Assembly (NCBI GenBank): GCA_018716805.1
Contig: DVJL01000068.1
Location: 14,713 to 78,712, forward strand
Direction of reading: 5' to 3'
Source of the DNA: Candidatus Faecivicinus avistercoris
GTDB taxonomy: Bacteria; Bacillota; Clostridia; Christensenellales; Aristaeellaceae
Length of the DNA stretch: 64,000 bases
In this document: positions 39,817 to 48,254 of the stretch, one piece after another
Layout: each line of letters opens with the position of its first letter
How positions within the stretch are numbered: position 1 is the stretch's first letter
Notes under the pieces: generated by a model
Databases searched by the model: none
The model's input: the letters and a program-made list of their open reading frames with translations, nothing else
Told to the model about the DNA's origin: nothing
Position numbers and translations under genes: made by a program

Positions 39817-40764
39817 ATGAGCAGAAAAGTCACCATCATCGGCGCGGGCAGCGTCGGCTCGACCATCGCGTTTATGATGGCCGTCAAGGGCATCGCCGCG
39901 GAGATCGTCATCATCGACATCAACGAGAAAAAGGCGCTGGGCGAAGCCATGGACATCCGCCAGGGCATCGCGTTCTGCGATCCCTGCAAGATCTATGCCG
40001 GCACCTATGCCGACGCCAAGGGCTCCGACATCGTGGTCATCACGTCGGGTGTGGGCCGCAAGCCGGGACAGTCGCGCCTGGATCTCGCGCAGACGAACGT
40101 CAACATCATGAAGTCCATCGCCGCCGAAGTCTCCGCCGCCGCGCCGGACGCCATCTACGTCATCGTCAGCAACCCGGTCGACGTGCTGACCTACGTGTTC
40201 AACAAGGTCACTGGCATCCCGGAGAGCCACATCCTCGGCACCGGCACGCTGCTGGACACCGCGCGCCTGCGCTCGCGCCTGGCGGACTACTTAAGCGTCA
40301 GCCAGCAGAGCGTGCACGCCTATGTGCTCGGCGAGCACGGCGACAGCTCCTTCGTTCCGTGGTCGTCCGCGCGCGTGAGCAACGTGCCCATCGCGCAGTT
40401 CAAGGACTGCGTGACCAACAAGGATCTCATCAAGGCCGACCTTAATTACGAGGAGATCGAGGAGTACATGCGCACGTCGGGCGGCAAGATCATCGCGCGC
40501 AAAGGCGCGACGTTCTACGCCATCGCCATCTCCGTGTGCCACATCTGCGGCTGCATCTTTGACAACGCCAACGCCATCGTCGCCGTTTCGACCATGATGC
40601 ACGGCGAATACGGCATCTCGGACGTCTGCCTGAGCGTGCCGACCATCGTCAACGCCTCCGGCCACATCGGCAAGGTGCTGCCGGAGATGACCGACGAGGA
40701 AATCGCCAAGCTGCGCCGCAGCGCCGACGCGCTCAAAGAGGTCATCGCCCAAATCAACCTGTGA
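39817..40764 (+). CDS. ldh: L-lactate dehydrogenase
   Basis: IIGAGSVGS (GxGxxG) and the catalytic-His region VLGEHGDSSF. ATG 39817 with a GGAGGAAG RBS. Confidence 0.96.
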   Translation: MSRKVTIIGAGSVGSTIAFMMAVKGIAAEIVIIDINEKKALGEAMDIRQGIAFCDPCKIYAGTYADAKGSDIVVITSGVGRKPGQSRLDLAQTNVNIMKSIAAEVSAAAPDAIYVIVSNPVDVLTYVFNKVTGIPESHILGTGTLLDTARLRSRLADYLSVSQQSVHAYVLGEHGDSSFVPWSSARVSNVPIAQFKDCVTNKDLIKADLNYEEIEEYMRTSGGKIIARKGATFYAIAISVCHICGCIFDNANAIVAVSTMMHGEYGISDVCLSVPTIVNASGHIGKVLPEMTDEEIAKLRRSADALKEVIAQINL

Positions 40765-40785
40765 GACGGAATTGAGGACTCAGAA

Positions 40786-41451
40786 ATGGAAGACAACCGC
40801 CGGCCACGCTGTCCCATCCCGCGGACGACGATGGAGCGGCTCCCCGGCTATCTGAACTTCCTGCGGATGCAGACCGGCCCGGACTGCGAGCGCATCTCGT
40901 CCGCCGCGATCGCGCAGGAGATGAACCTGTCCGCCATCACGGTGCGCAAGGATCTGGCCTGTGTCGCCAGCGGACGGCCGCGCGTCGGCTACCTGCGCGG
41001 CGAGCTGATCGAGCGCATCGCTCAGGTGCTCGGCAGCGGCGAGTGCAATTCCGCGGTGGTGGTCGGGGTCGGCAACCTCGGCCACGCGCTGATGTGCTAC
41101 AAGGGCTTTTCCAACTATGGCATGCGCGTGCTCGCCGGCTTTGACATCGACCGCCGGATCGCCGGCGCCGAAGTCGACGGCAAGGCGGTCTATCCCATGG
41201 AGGAACTCGCGCCCTTTGTCCAGCGCACCGGCGCGCGCATCGGCATCCTCGCCGTGCCCGCGTCGGGCGCGCAGGCGGTCTGCGACCAGATGGTGGACGC
41301 GGGCATCCGGGGCATCCTGAACTTTGCGCCCGCGCATCTGCGCGCGCCGGCGGACGTGCTGGTGCGCCACGAGGACTTCGCCGTTTCGCTGGCGCTGCTC
41401 GCCGCCGGCATGGAGAGCCGGGCGGATTCTCTTCCGGAAAAGGGCGAATAG
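40786..41451 (+). CDS. rex: redox-sensing transcriptional repressor Rex
   Basis: N-terminal winged helix (RLPGYLNFL) and Rossmann motif VVGVGNLGHAL. Confidence 0.95.
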   Translation: MEDNRRPRCPIPRTTMERLPGYLNFLRMQTGPDCERISSAAIAQEMNLSAITVRKDLACVASGRPRVGYLRGELIERIAQVLGSGECNSAVVVGVGNLGHALMCYKGFSNYGMRVLAGFDIDRRIAGAEVDGKAVYPMEELAPFVQRTGARIGILAVPASGAQAVCDQMVDAGIRGILNFAPAHLRAPADVLVRHEDFAVSLALLAAGMESRADSLPEKGE

Positions 41452-41728
41452 GCTCCTGCAAATCCCTGCCGTCTGCGAACCGCGCCTTGGCATGCGGACA
41501 TTTGCCCGCGGCAAAATCATACGCATTCGCAGTTAAAATGCCTAACAGAGTGCAATAGGTTTTCTGCTGTGACGAAGCGGAGTGAAGTGAGGCGTACTGG
41601 AGGTACGTCAAACGAAACGAGGCGAAGTCACGGTGGAAAAGATGGTGTGCGAATTCGGCCATTTTATCAAGAATGAGTATCAAAAAGCTCCCGCGCCTCC
41701 TGCGCAAAGGGGAAGCGCAGGAGTTCTT

Positions 41729-42745
41729 TCATGCATCCGCCAGTTCCATCGTCTCAAGCGCCGCGTTCAGCCAGTCGAGCGCCTCAGAGCCGGCCGGACC
41801 GGTCAGCGTCGCCGTCCACAGGCCGCTTTCGCCGCGGATCAGGTACCGGCGCTCGATGCGCTCGCCCCATTCGATCTCGATCCACTGGCACGTAAGCCCG
41901 CTTGCGAGCGTCTCCTCCTGCCGCTCGGAAGCGGCGGAAAGGTGCGCAAGCGCCGCCTCCTCCGACTCTGCCGGCGCGATGGTCAGCTCGGCGTCCGCGC
42001 CGTCCACCGGGCGGAAGTGATCGCCCTCGGCGTCTGTGAACGCCTGAACCTGTTCGTCGCAATACCAGAGCGCGCAGCCGCCCGCGCCGACAAAGCGCAC
42101 CTCGCCGGCAGACTGCGGCGCGCCGCCGATTTCGACCTGCCGCTCCCGGCGCTGTTCGACCCCGGGATCGATCTGCGTCGAGACGACGCTGTACAGGTAG
42201 ACCGGATCGGTCACCCCGTCGAGATAGCGGTTGCGGGCCAGCACGGCGCGAACCATGTACGACTTTCCGCCGGACGATGCCTCCAGCTCGACGCTGACGG
42301 TGTCGTTCGGCTGGACGCGCCCGGAGATCAGCTCGGCGTCGGCGCAGCAGTCACTGCCCAGCGACACGAAATAAGCGTCCCACGCCTCGTCATAGCGGAC
42401 GAAGAACTCCCCCGCCGGCAGCGGCAGCAGGTCGCTGTACTCGGAGAACGCCGCCGTCGCCAGCTCGCGCATCTTCTGGCGCGGCACGCGAAGCTCGCCG
42501 TCCGCGACCTCGCACAGCGGATCGTCCCTGCAGGTTTCCAGCGCAAGCTCGCCGAGCGCCGTCCAGAAGAACGCCGGGTCGGCGGCGGCATAGTCGCGCT
42601 CCAAGCACAGCGAGGCGTTCAGCAGCGATTCCAGCACCGGGCGCATGGCGGCGACCTCCTCCGTCGGCGCCTCCGCGCACGCCGCCGGCAGGCAGAGGGA
42701 AAAAATCAGCGCCATCAGCGCCGCAAGCAACCTTCTCAATGGCAT
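41729..42745 (-). CDS. hypothetical secreted protein (338 aa)
   Basis: Start at ATG 42745. Signal peptide MPLRRLLAALMALIFSLCLPAACAEA. No family recognised. Confidence 0.7.
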   Translation of the reverse strand: MPLRRLLAALMALIFSLCLPAACAEAPTEEVAAMRPVLESLLNASLCLERDYAAADPAFFWTALGELALETCRDDPLCEVADGELRVPRQKMRELATAAFSEYSDLLPLPAGEFFVRYDEAWDAYFVSLGSDCCADAELISGRVQPNDTVSVELEASSGGKSYMVRAVLARNRYLDGVTDPVYLYSVVSTQIDPGVEQRRERQVEIGGAPQSAGEVRFVGAGGCALWYCDEQVQAFTDAEGDHFRPVDGADAELTIAPAESEEAALAHLSAASERQEETLASGLTCQWIEIEWGERIERRYLIRGESGLWTATLTGPAGSEALDWLNAALETMELADA

Positions 42746-42862
42746 CACGCTCCCATCCCCGGCGCATCGCGCCGTTTCTGTTGTTTTAGACGGAGCTTTC
42801 CGAAATTTGGTTTCATAAAGCGCCGATTGTTCACAAAAACTCCTTATTTCAGCCTGCGCGGC

Positions 42863-42901
42863 AAAAAAGGCCGCCTCCGCGTTCATCGCGCGGAAGCGGC
42901 C
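42863..42901 (-). terminator. intrinsic terminator after the isomerase gene
   Basis: The minus strand reads GGCCGCTTCCGCG-loop-CGCGGAGGCGGCC followed by TTTTTT. Confidence 0.75.
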
Positions 42902-42949
42902 TCGCTCGATTGCGCTTTCTGCGCCCGCGCCATTGCGCGAGCCGTGCGC

Positions 42950-43687
42950 TCAGAGCTTGAGCAGGTTGTCCAGGCTGACCTTGCAGCTCTCCAGCGGCGG
43001 AAGGGTGTACTCCTCCTGCTCGACGATGAAGTGCTTCGTGCCGATCTCCTGACCCAGCTTGACGATGTTCTCGAAATCGAGGATGCCCGTGCCGCATTCG
43101 ACGTTCGCCTTGCGGTCGGGGCCCAGCTCCTTCAAGTGCATCAGCGGCTGGCGGCCGGCGTACTTGCGGATGTAGCGCAGCGGGTCATAGCCCGCGTAGG
43201 CCACCCAGAATACGTCGAACTCCGCAAAGATGTCCGGCTCGACGTTGTTGAGCACCGTGTCCATCAGCACCTCGCCGCCGTTGACGACAAACTCGTGCGC
43301 GTGGTTGTGATAGCCCAGCTTCAATCCGTGCGGGCGCAGCTTCGCGGCGGTCTCGTTGAGCACCTCGGCAAAGCGAAGCGCGTCGTCGCGCGTCTCCATG
43401 GTCTGCCACGGGCAGACGAGATACGGATTGCCGACGGCTAGGTTCATCTCGATCTCGGCGTCCAGCTCGGCCTCGGTCTTGGGCAGGCCGCCGATGTGCG
43501 AGCCATACGCCTCCAGGCCGTTGTCCTTGAGCAGCTTCGCCATCTCGGCCGGCTTCAGCCCGCCGTAGCCGGCGAACTCCACGCCCTTGTACCCCATCTT
43601 CGCGACCTTTTCCACCGTGCCGCAGTAGTCATTGGCCATTTCATCCCGCAGCGAAAACAGCTGCAGGCCGACGTTCTTCAGCAACAT
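42950..43687 (-). CDS. sugar phosphate isomerase/epimerase (xylose-isomerase-like TIM barrel)
   Basis: 245 aa with the typical pattern (GYKGVEFAGY..., HNHAHEF..., EQEE). Confidence 0.88.
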   Translation of the reverse strand: MLLKNVGLQLFSLRDEMANDYCGTVEKVAKMGYKGVEFAGYGGLKPAEMAKLLKDNGLEAYGSHIGGLPKTEAELDAEIEMNLAVGNPYLVCPWQTMETRDDALRFAEVLNETAAKLRPHGLKLGYHNHAHEFVVNGGEVLMDTVLNNVEPDIFAEFDVFWVAYAGYDPLRYIRKYAGRQPLMHLKELGPDRKANVECGTGILDFENIVKLGQEIGTKHFIVEQEEYTLPPLESCKVSLDNLLKL

Positions 43688-43693
43688 ACCGCA

Positions 43694-44701
43694 TTACTCC
43701 TTCCAGTTGATGATGACGCCCAGACAGGCGTTGCGATCCCGGTTCAGCTCCAGATAGACCGCCGGCGCTTCCTCCGGCGTGATCTCGCGCGAGATCAGCT
43801 CGCCGACATGCAGCTTGCCCTTGGCGATCAGGTCGAAGCAGATGTGCGTATTGCGTTCGATCGAGTGCTTGGCAAACCGGTCGCGCTGCAGCGGCAGCCG
43901 CCACTCGTGCGCGCCCTTGAGCGTCACGCAGCCCAGCTCGTCCAGATGGACGCAGCGCAGCACGTTCGCCAGCTTCGCCTCGTAGTCGCCGCGCGGCGTG
44001 CCCAGCAGGATCATCTCGCCGTGGTATCCGACCAGCTTCAGGCAGCTCTCCGCGCACGCGGGAATGCCCGTCGCCTCGATGACCGTGTTCGCGCCAAAGC
44101 CGCCGCCGAGCCGCTTCACGGCCTCCTCCGCGCCGTCGGGCGCGACCGCCAGATCCACGCCGACCTTCTCCGCCAGCGCGCGGCGGCTCGGCGCGGGATC
44201 GATGCCGATCACCGTCGCGCCGGACAGCTTCGCCAGCTACGCGGCCATGATGCCCACCAGCCCCAGTCCGGACACGACCACCACGTCGCCCAGCTGGATG
44301 TCCGACACGCGGATGGAGGTAAACGCGATCGTCGCCATGCGCACCATCGGGATCAGCCGGACGTCGGCGCCCTCGGGCACCTTGGCGATCAGGTTCCACG
44401 GATTCGGGCTGGTCAGCTGGTAGCGCGCGTGCATGCCGTAGTGGAACACGAGGTCGCCGGGACGGTAGTCCTCCATGCCCTCGCCGGCCTCGAGCACCTT
44501 CGATACGCAGCAGTAGCCCGGCGTCGCCGGCATCTTGAACCAGTCCTCGCCGCCAGACAGGCACGCAAGCTCCGTTCCCGTGCTGATGAGCGAAACCTGC
44601 GTCTCCACCAGCAGCTCGCCCGCCGCCGGCTTCAGCGATTCCTCCTCCTGATGAAGCGCGACCTGATACGGCGCTTCAAACACGATCTTTCGGTTTTTCA
44701 C
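43694..44701 (-). pseudogene. Zn/MDR-family alcohol (polyol) dehydrogenase interrupted by a single in-frame TAG
   Basis: ORFs 44237..44731 and 43694..44212 are in the same frame. The junction reads ..VSGLGLVGIMAA-TAG-LAKLSGATVIGIDP.. MDR enzymes normally have Gln (CAG) in GxGxxGxxxxQ(L/A)AK at that position. GTG start 44701 with a GGGAGG RBS. Confidence 0.8.
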
Positions 44702-44761
44702 TTTCCTTCGCCTCCCAATAGGTTTCCACAATTCCTGCGGCGCCGCGCCCGCACAGGCGGG

Positions 44762-45805
44762 CTATTGCGCCGGTTCGCGCCGGCCCTTCGCGGAATCCGC
44801 CGCCGCGGACATGCCCTCCAGCCGGTCCCGCTGCGGATCCTGCGCGTCCTGCACCATCGCGCGCCTGCGCCGTTCGAGCAGCCGCGCCTCGCCGCTGCGC
44901 CGCAGCATGGCCAGTTCCTTTGCGACGCTCTCCATATAGGCGCTCGGCGTCATGCCGAGCACCGATTTGAACGTCTTGGAAAAGACGTGGATGCTGGAAA
45001 AGCCCGCCGCCACGGCGGCCTCCGTGATGTTGCAATTGCCGGAGAGCAGCATGCGCTGGGCGCGCTCAATGCGCGTGCGAACCACATAGCGGTGCAGCGG
45101 CATGTCGAAACACGCGCGGAACCGCTTGGTCAGGTAGTTCGGCGACACGCCGATGGCCTCGCTGATGCGCTCGTTGCTCAGGTCCTCGTCGGAAAAGTGT
45201 TCCTCGATGTACTTGAGCGCATTTTCGATGTGCAGCCACACCTTGGAGCCCTCGCCGTCGCGCAGGTTCTCCGGCTCCCATTCCATCGAGCCGCACAGCG
45301 TCTTGACCAGCAGCTCGGTGCAGTATGCCCGAAGCAGCGCGGAGCACCCGCCGCCCTCGCACATGCTGCGAAATTCCGCGTACATGCGGCGGTAAGTGTC
45401 CTCCAGCCGCGCGAACTCCTCCGGCTCCGGCCGGGTCGCAAACGCGCGATCGTTCATCAGCCGCTCGCGCGCGGGCACGACCTTCGCCTCGCGGCTGTCC
45501 AGCACGTCCTCGTGGCGCAGCATGCACCGGTCCGGATCCTCAAAGAAATCGAAGTGGAAGATGTTCTGCACCAGCTCTTCCCCGCCGGTGGGAATGATGA
45601 CGTGCGTCTGAAACGGCGGAATCACGATGATGTCTCCGCGCCTGAGCGAATACCGGACGCCCTCGACGATGAAATCGGCGCTGCCCGCCGCGATCATCGT
45701 GTACACATGGTCGATGTCCTGCCACTTGCCCGCGCCGGTGAGATCACTCTTGACGCGCATCATGCGCACGAACGGCGTAATCCGATCGAAATCCTGCGCG
45801 TGCAC
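44762..45805 (-). CDS. AraC-family transcriptional regulator (cupin + HTH)
   Basis: C-terminal AraC HTH (NYLTKRFRACFDMPLHRYVVRTRIERAQRML...GFSSIHVFSKTFK). GTG start with a GGGAGGG RBS. Confidence 0.9.
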   Translation of the reverse strand: MHAQDFDRITPFVRMMRVKSDLTGAGKWQDIDHVYTMIAAGSADFIVEGVRYSLRRGDIIVIPPFQTHVIIPTGGEELVQNIFHFDFFEDPDRCMLRHEDVLDSREAKVVPARERLMNDRAFATRPEPEEFARLEDTYRRMYAEFRSMCEGGGCSALLRAYCTELLVKTLCGSMEWEPENLRDGEGSKVWLHIENALKYIEEHFSDEDLSNERISEAIGVSPNYLTKRFRACFDMPLHRYVVRTRIERAQRMLLSGNCNITEAAVAAGFSSIHVFSKTFKSVLGMTPSAYMESVAKELAMLRRSGEARLLERRRRAMVQDAQDPQRDRLEGMSAAADSAKGRREPAQ

Positions 45806-46277
45806 GATTATCCCTCCCGCCAGAATCCGCTGTCCGGCATTGCCCAGCCAGCCCTTCCTCTGTCATTATAGCACGGCGGCCCCTGTTTTGCTTTATTCAG
45901 TTCATCTCTTATTTGTCGGTTTCTATCCAAATTTGCGCGAATATTCAGTGTTTTGCCCATCAATTGGTGATTTCCGTTGCGCAGCGATGAGATGTTCTCC
46001 TTTGAACAGGCGCATTGTCCGACGGAGCGGGAAGCGCTTCCCCACGCGCCTGGCCAAAGGCGGTTTGCGCGCAAAGAATGCTCTTTCGGAGAGGACGAAC
46101 AGCGGGCCGCCTTCACCCGCAATTCTGCGAAGGCAATCCCGACAAACATCCGCGCGCGAAGCCTCCGCACCGCCCGCCGGACGCGCGGCGGCGGGGCAAA
46201 GACCGGCGAGGCGGCGGGGTAAAACGCAATCGCTCTCCCGCCGCGCATACGCCGTCCATTCGACCAGCTGCCCGCCG

Positions 46278-48254
46278 TCAGCAAATCGTCAGCGCGACGA
46301 GCGACGTAAACGCGCCGGCGCCGTCCGTCCCGCCGAACACGCAGACGTGCCGTCCCGGCGCATCGCAGCCAACGGCCGTGTGGGCATCGAATTCCGCGGC
46401 GTAAACGCCGTCTCCCAGCGCGGCCAGGCTGCCCGGAACCGCCGGGGCATAGCCCGAGAGGTCGCGCGTTCGGCACCGGCCCAGCAGCAAACTCGACTCC
46501 TCAGGCGCGCCTTCGCACGCGAAGGTCAGGCGAATCCGTCCGCCCTCCGCGAACGCCGCCGCATCAAAGGCGGGCAGTTCTCCGCCCATGCGTTCCTCCA
46601 AGCCGTCCTTCCCACACGCCGAAGCCTCGGCACACTCGCACTGGGCGCACGTCTCCGCATCATCTCTGGGTTCACACCGCGAGCCGAAGGACTCGCCGCG
46701 CTCGCACCGGGCGCACGTCTCCGCATCATTTCTGGTTTCACATCGCGAGCCAAAGACCTCGCCTCCCTCGCACCGGACGATTGCCTCTGCATCAAAGGCC
46801 GGTTGAGGCGGGCTCCACTCGCCGCCGGGCGACCGCACCGACAGCGTCTGTACCTTTGCGCGCACAAAGCGGGCGCCGAGCGCCTCAACCGCCGCCAGCG
46901 CGGCGCAAACCTGTCCGTCCGCCGCCTGCGCGAGCCGGGCAACCGCATCGGCCTCGCGCCCCTCGCCGAGCAGCGATTGCGCCTCAGCCACGGCCTCCGC
47001 GTCCGCCCGCACGGCGCGCGCGCGAAGGTTTGCGAGCGCCTCGCGGACGGCGGCGGCATTGTCGGCGTACACCATCTCCATTGCATCCCCGAAATCTCGC
47101 AGGCGCTGGATGCCGGTATCTGGCTGCGCCATGCGTGCCGGATCGGGAAGGAGGTGCCGCGCCAGCTCCGCGGCGGGATCGGCCATCGGCGCAAACGCCT
47201 CCGGAAGGCCGCACAGCGGGTGCAGCGGCAGCCACGGCTGCTGGCACGGCCGCCCAGCGGTCAGCCAGAGCGTCGTCAGCCTCGGGTCATGGCGCAGGTC
47301 AAACACGCTGCTCTCGACCGTGCTGCCGTCGCAGACGCGGTTGTTCGGCGTGCCGTGCGGCGTCCCGCCGGGGCCGATGCGCACGTCCTCGGGCGCGCCG
47401 TCGTAGTGGTTGGACAGAAGCACCATCATCTTCTCGACCGTCACCGGTTCCTTCGGACGCACGGCGAATGGAAGTTCTCCGTTCCCGCAGTCCTCGCCGG
47501 TCAGTGCCAGCGCGCTGAACCGCTGCCGCAGCACGTTGACCGGCTTTCCGACCGAATCGGGGTGCTGATAAGCCCTAGCAAAATCGAACGTCCCGGGCAC
47601 GTACCAACCGCGCCGGACGGCTTCGCCGGCGAGGCCGTCGGACATCCAGAATTCATCGAATGCCGCCGGGTCGTGGATCGTATAGTGGTTCGGCATGATC
47701 AATACGCAGTCGTCCGGCACGCGAATGGCGACGTAACGCCGTCCCTGCGCGATCTGGATCATGAACGCCTCGTCCGCGTCGGCGACGGTGTAGGCGCGGC
47801 CGCTCGGCGCATAGCCCCATCGATCGACCAGCTCCATCAGGATGTGGATCGCGTCCCGCGCGCTGACCGCCCGCTCGGCCACGGCGCGGCGAAGGTTGTA
47901 GCTGATGCCGCCGGGCTGCCCGGAGCCGTCCTCGCGCGACTGCATGCAGCTGTTGCTGACGATGCAGACGCCGCGCTCATTGTAAAACACATCGGAGGTG
48001 CTCATGCCGCCCTCCGGCGTACTGATTTCCGACCAGTAGAATCCCAGCGTCCGCTCCACCTGAGGAATTGCCGCCAGCCCCGGCTCGGCGGGCATCGCGC
48101 TGCCCTCGGGCCAGCGCGCCGGCGGCACCAGCCCGTGGCGGACGGCCACGACGCCGGTGTCGTCCTCGTTGTGCGCGACCAGCACGCGCCCCGTCGCCGA
48201 AGCGCGGCGCCCGGCCACGAACGTCATGCAGTTCAGTTCCTCATCCCTGCGCAT
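46278..48254 (-). CDS. C69-family dipeptidase with a roughly 190-aa Cys-rich C-terminal extension
   Basis: N-terminal nucleophile context ELNC-MTFVAGRRASATGRVLVAHNED. ATG 48254 (GGGAGG 9 nt upstream). The tail holds two 22-aa tandem repeats. Confidence 0.88.
   Translation of the reverse strand: MRRDEELNCMTFVAGRRASATGRVLVAHNEDDTGVVAVRHGLVPPARWPEGSAMPAEPGLAAIPQVERTLGFYWSEISTPEGGMSTSDVFYNERGVCIVSNSCMQSREDGSGQPGGISYNLRRAVAERAVSARDAIHILMELVDRWGYAPSGRAYTVADADEAFMIQIAQGRRYVAIRVPDDCVLIMPNHYTIHDPAAFDEFWMSDGLAGEAVRRGWYVPGTFDFARAYQHPDSVGKPVNVLRQRFSALALTGEDCGNGELPFAVRPKEPVTVEKMMVLLSNHYDGAPEDVRIGPGGTPHGTPNNRVCDGSTVESSVFDLRHDPRLTTLWLTAGRPCQQPWLPLHPLCGLPEAFAPMADPAAELARHLLPDPARMAQPDTGIQRLRDFGDAMEMVYADNAAAVREALANLRARAVRADAEAVAEAQSLLGEGREADAVARLAQAADGQVCAALAAVEALGARFVRAKVQTLSVRSPGGEWSPPQPAFDAEAIVRCEGGEVFGSRCETRNDAETCARCERGESFGSRCEPRDDAETCAQCECAEASACGKDGLEERMGGELPAFDAAAFAEGGRIRLTFACEGAPEESSLLLGRCRTRDLSGYAPAVPGSLAALGDGVYAAEFDAHTAVGCDAPGRHVCVFGGTDGAGAFTSLVALTIC
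46638..46775. repeat. 2 x 66-nt tandem repeat inside the dipeptidase gene
   Basis: GCAC(T/C)GGGCGCACGTCTCCGCATCAT(C/T)TCTGG(G/T)TTCACA(C/T)CGCGAGCC(G/A)AAG.. encodes RCEGGEVFGSRCETRNDAETCA / RCERGESFGSRCEPRDDAETCA. Confidence 0.85.

Noticed and set aside
44237-44239. In-frame TAG read as pyrrolysine or programmed amber read-through
   Set aside because: There are no pyl genes, no methylamine methyltransferase context and no PYLIS-like feature in the window. The position corresponds to a conserved Gln (CAG), so a simple C-to-T nonsense change or a sequencing error is far more likely.
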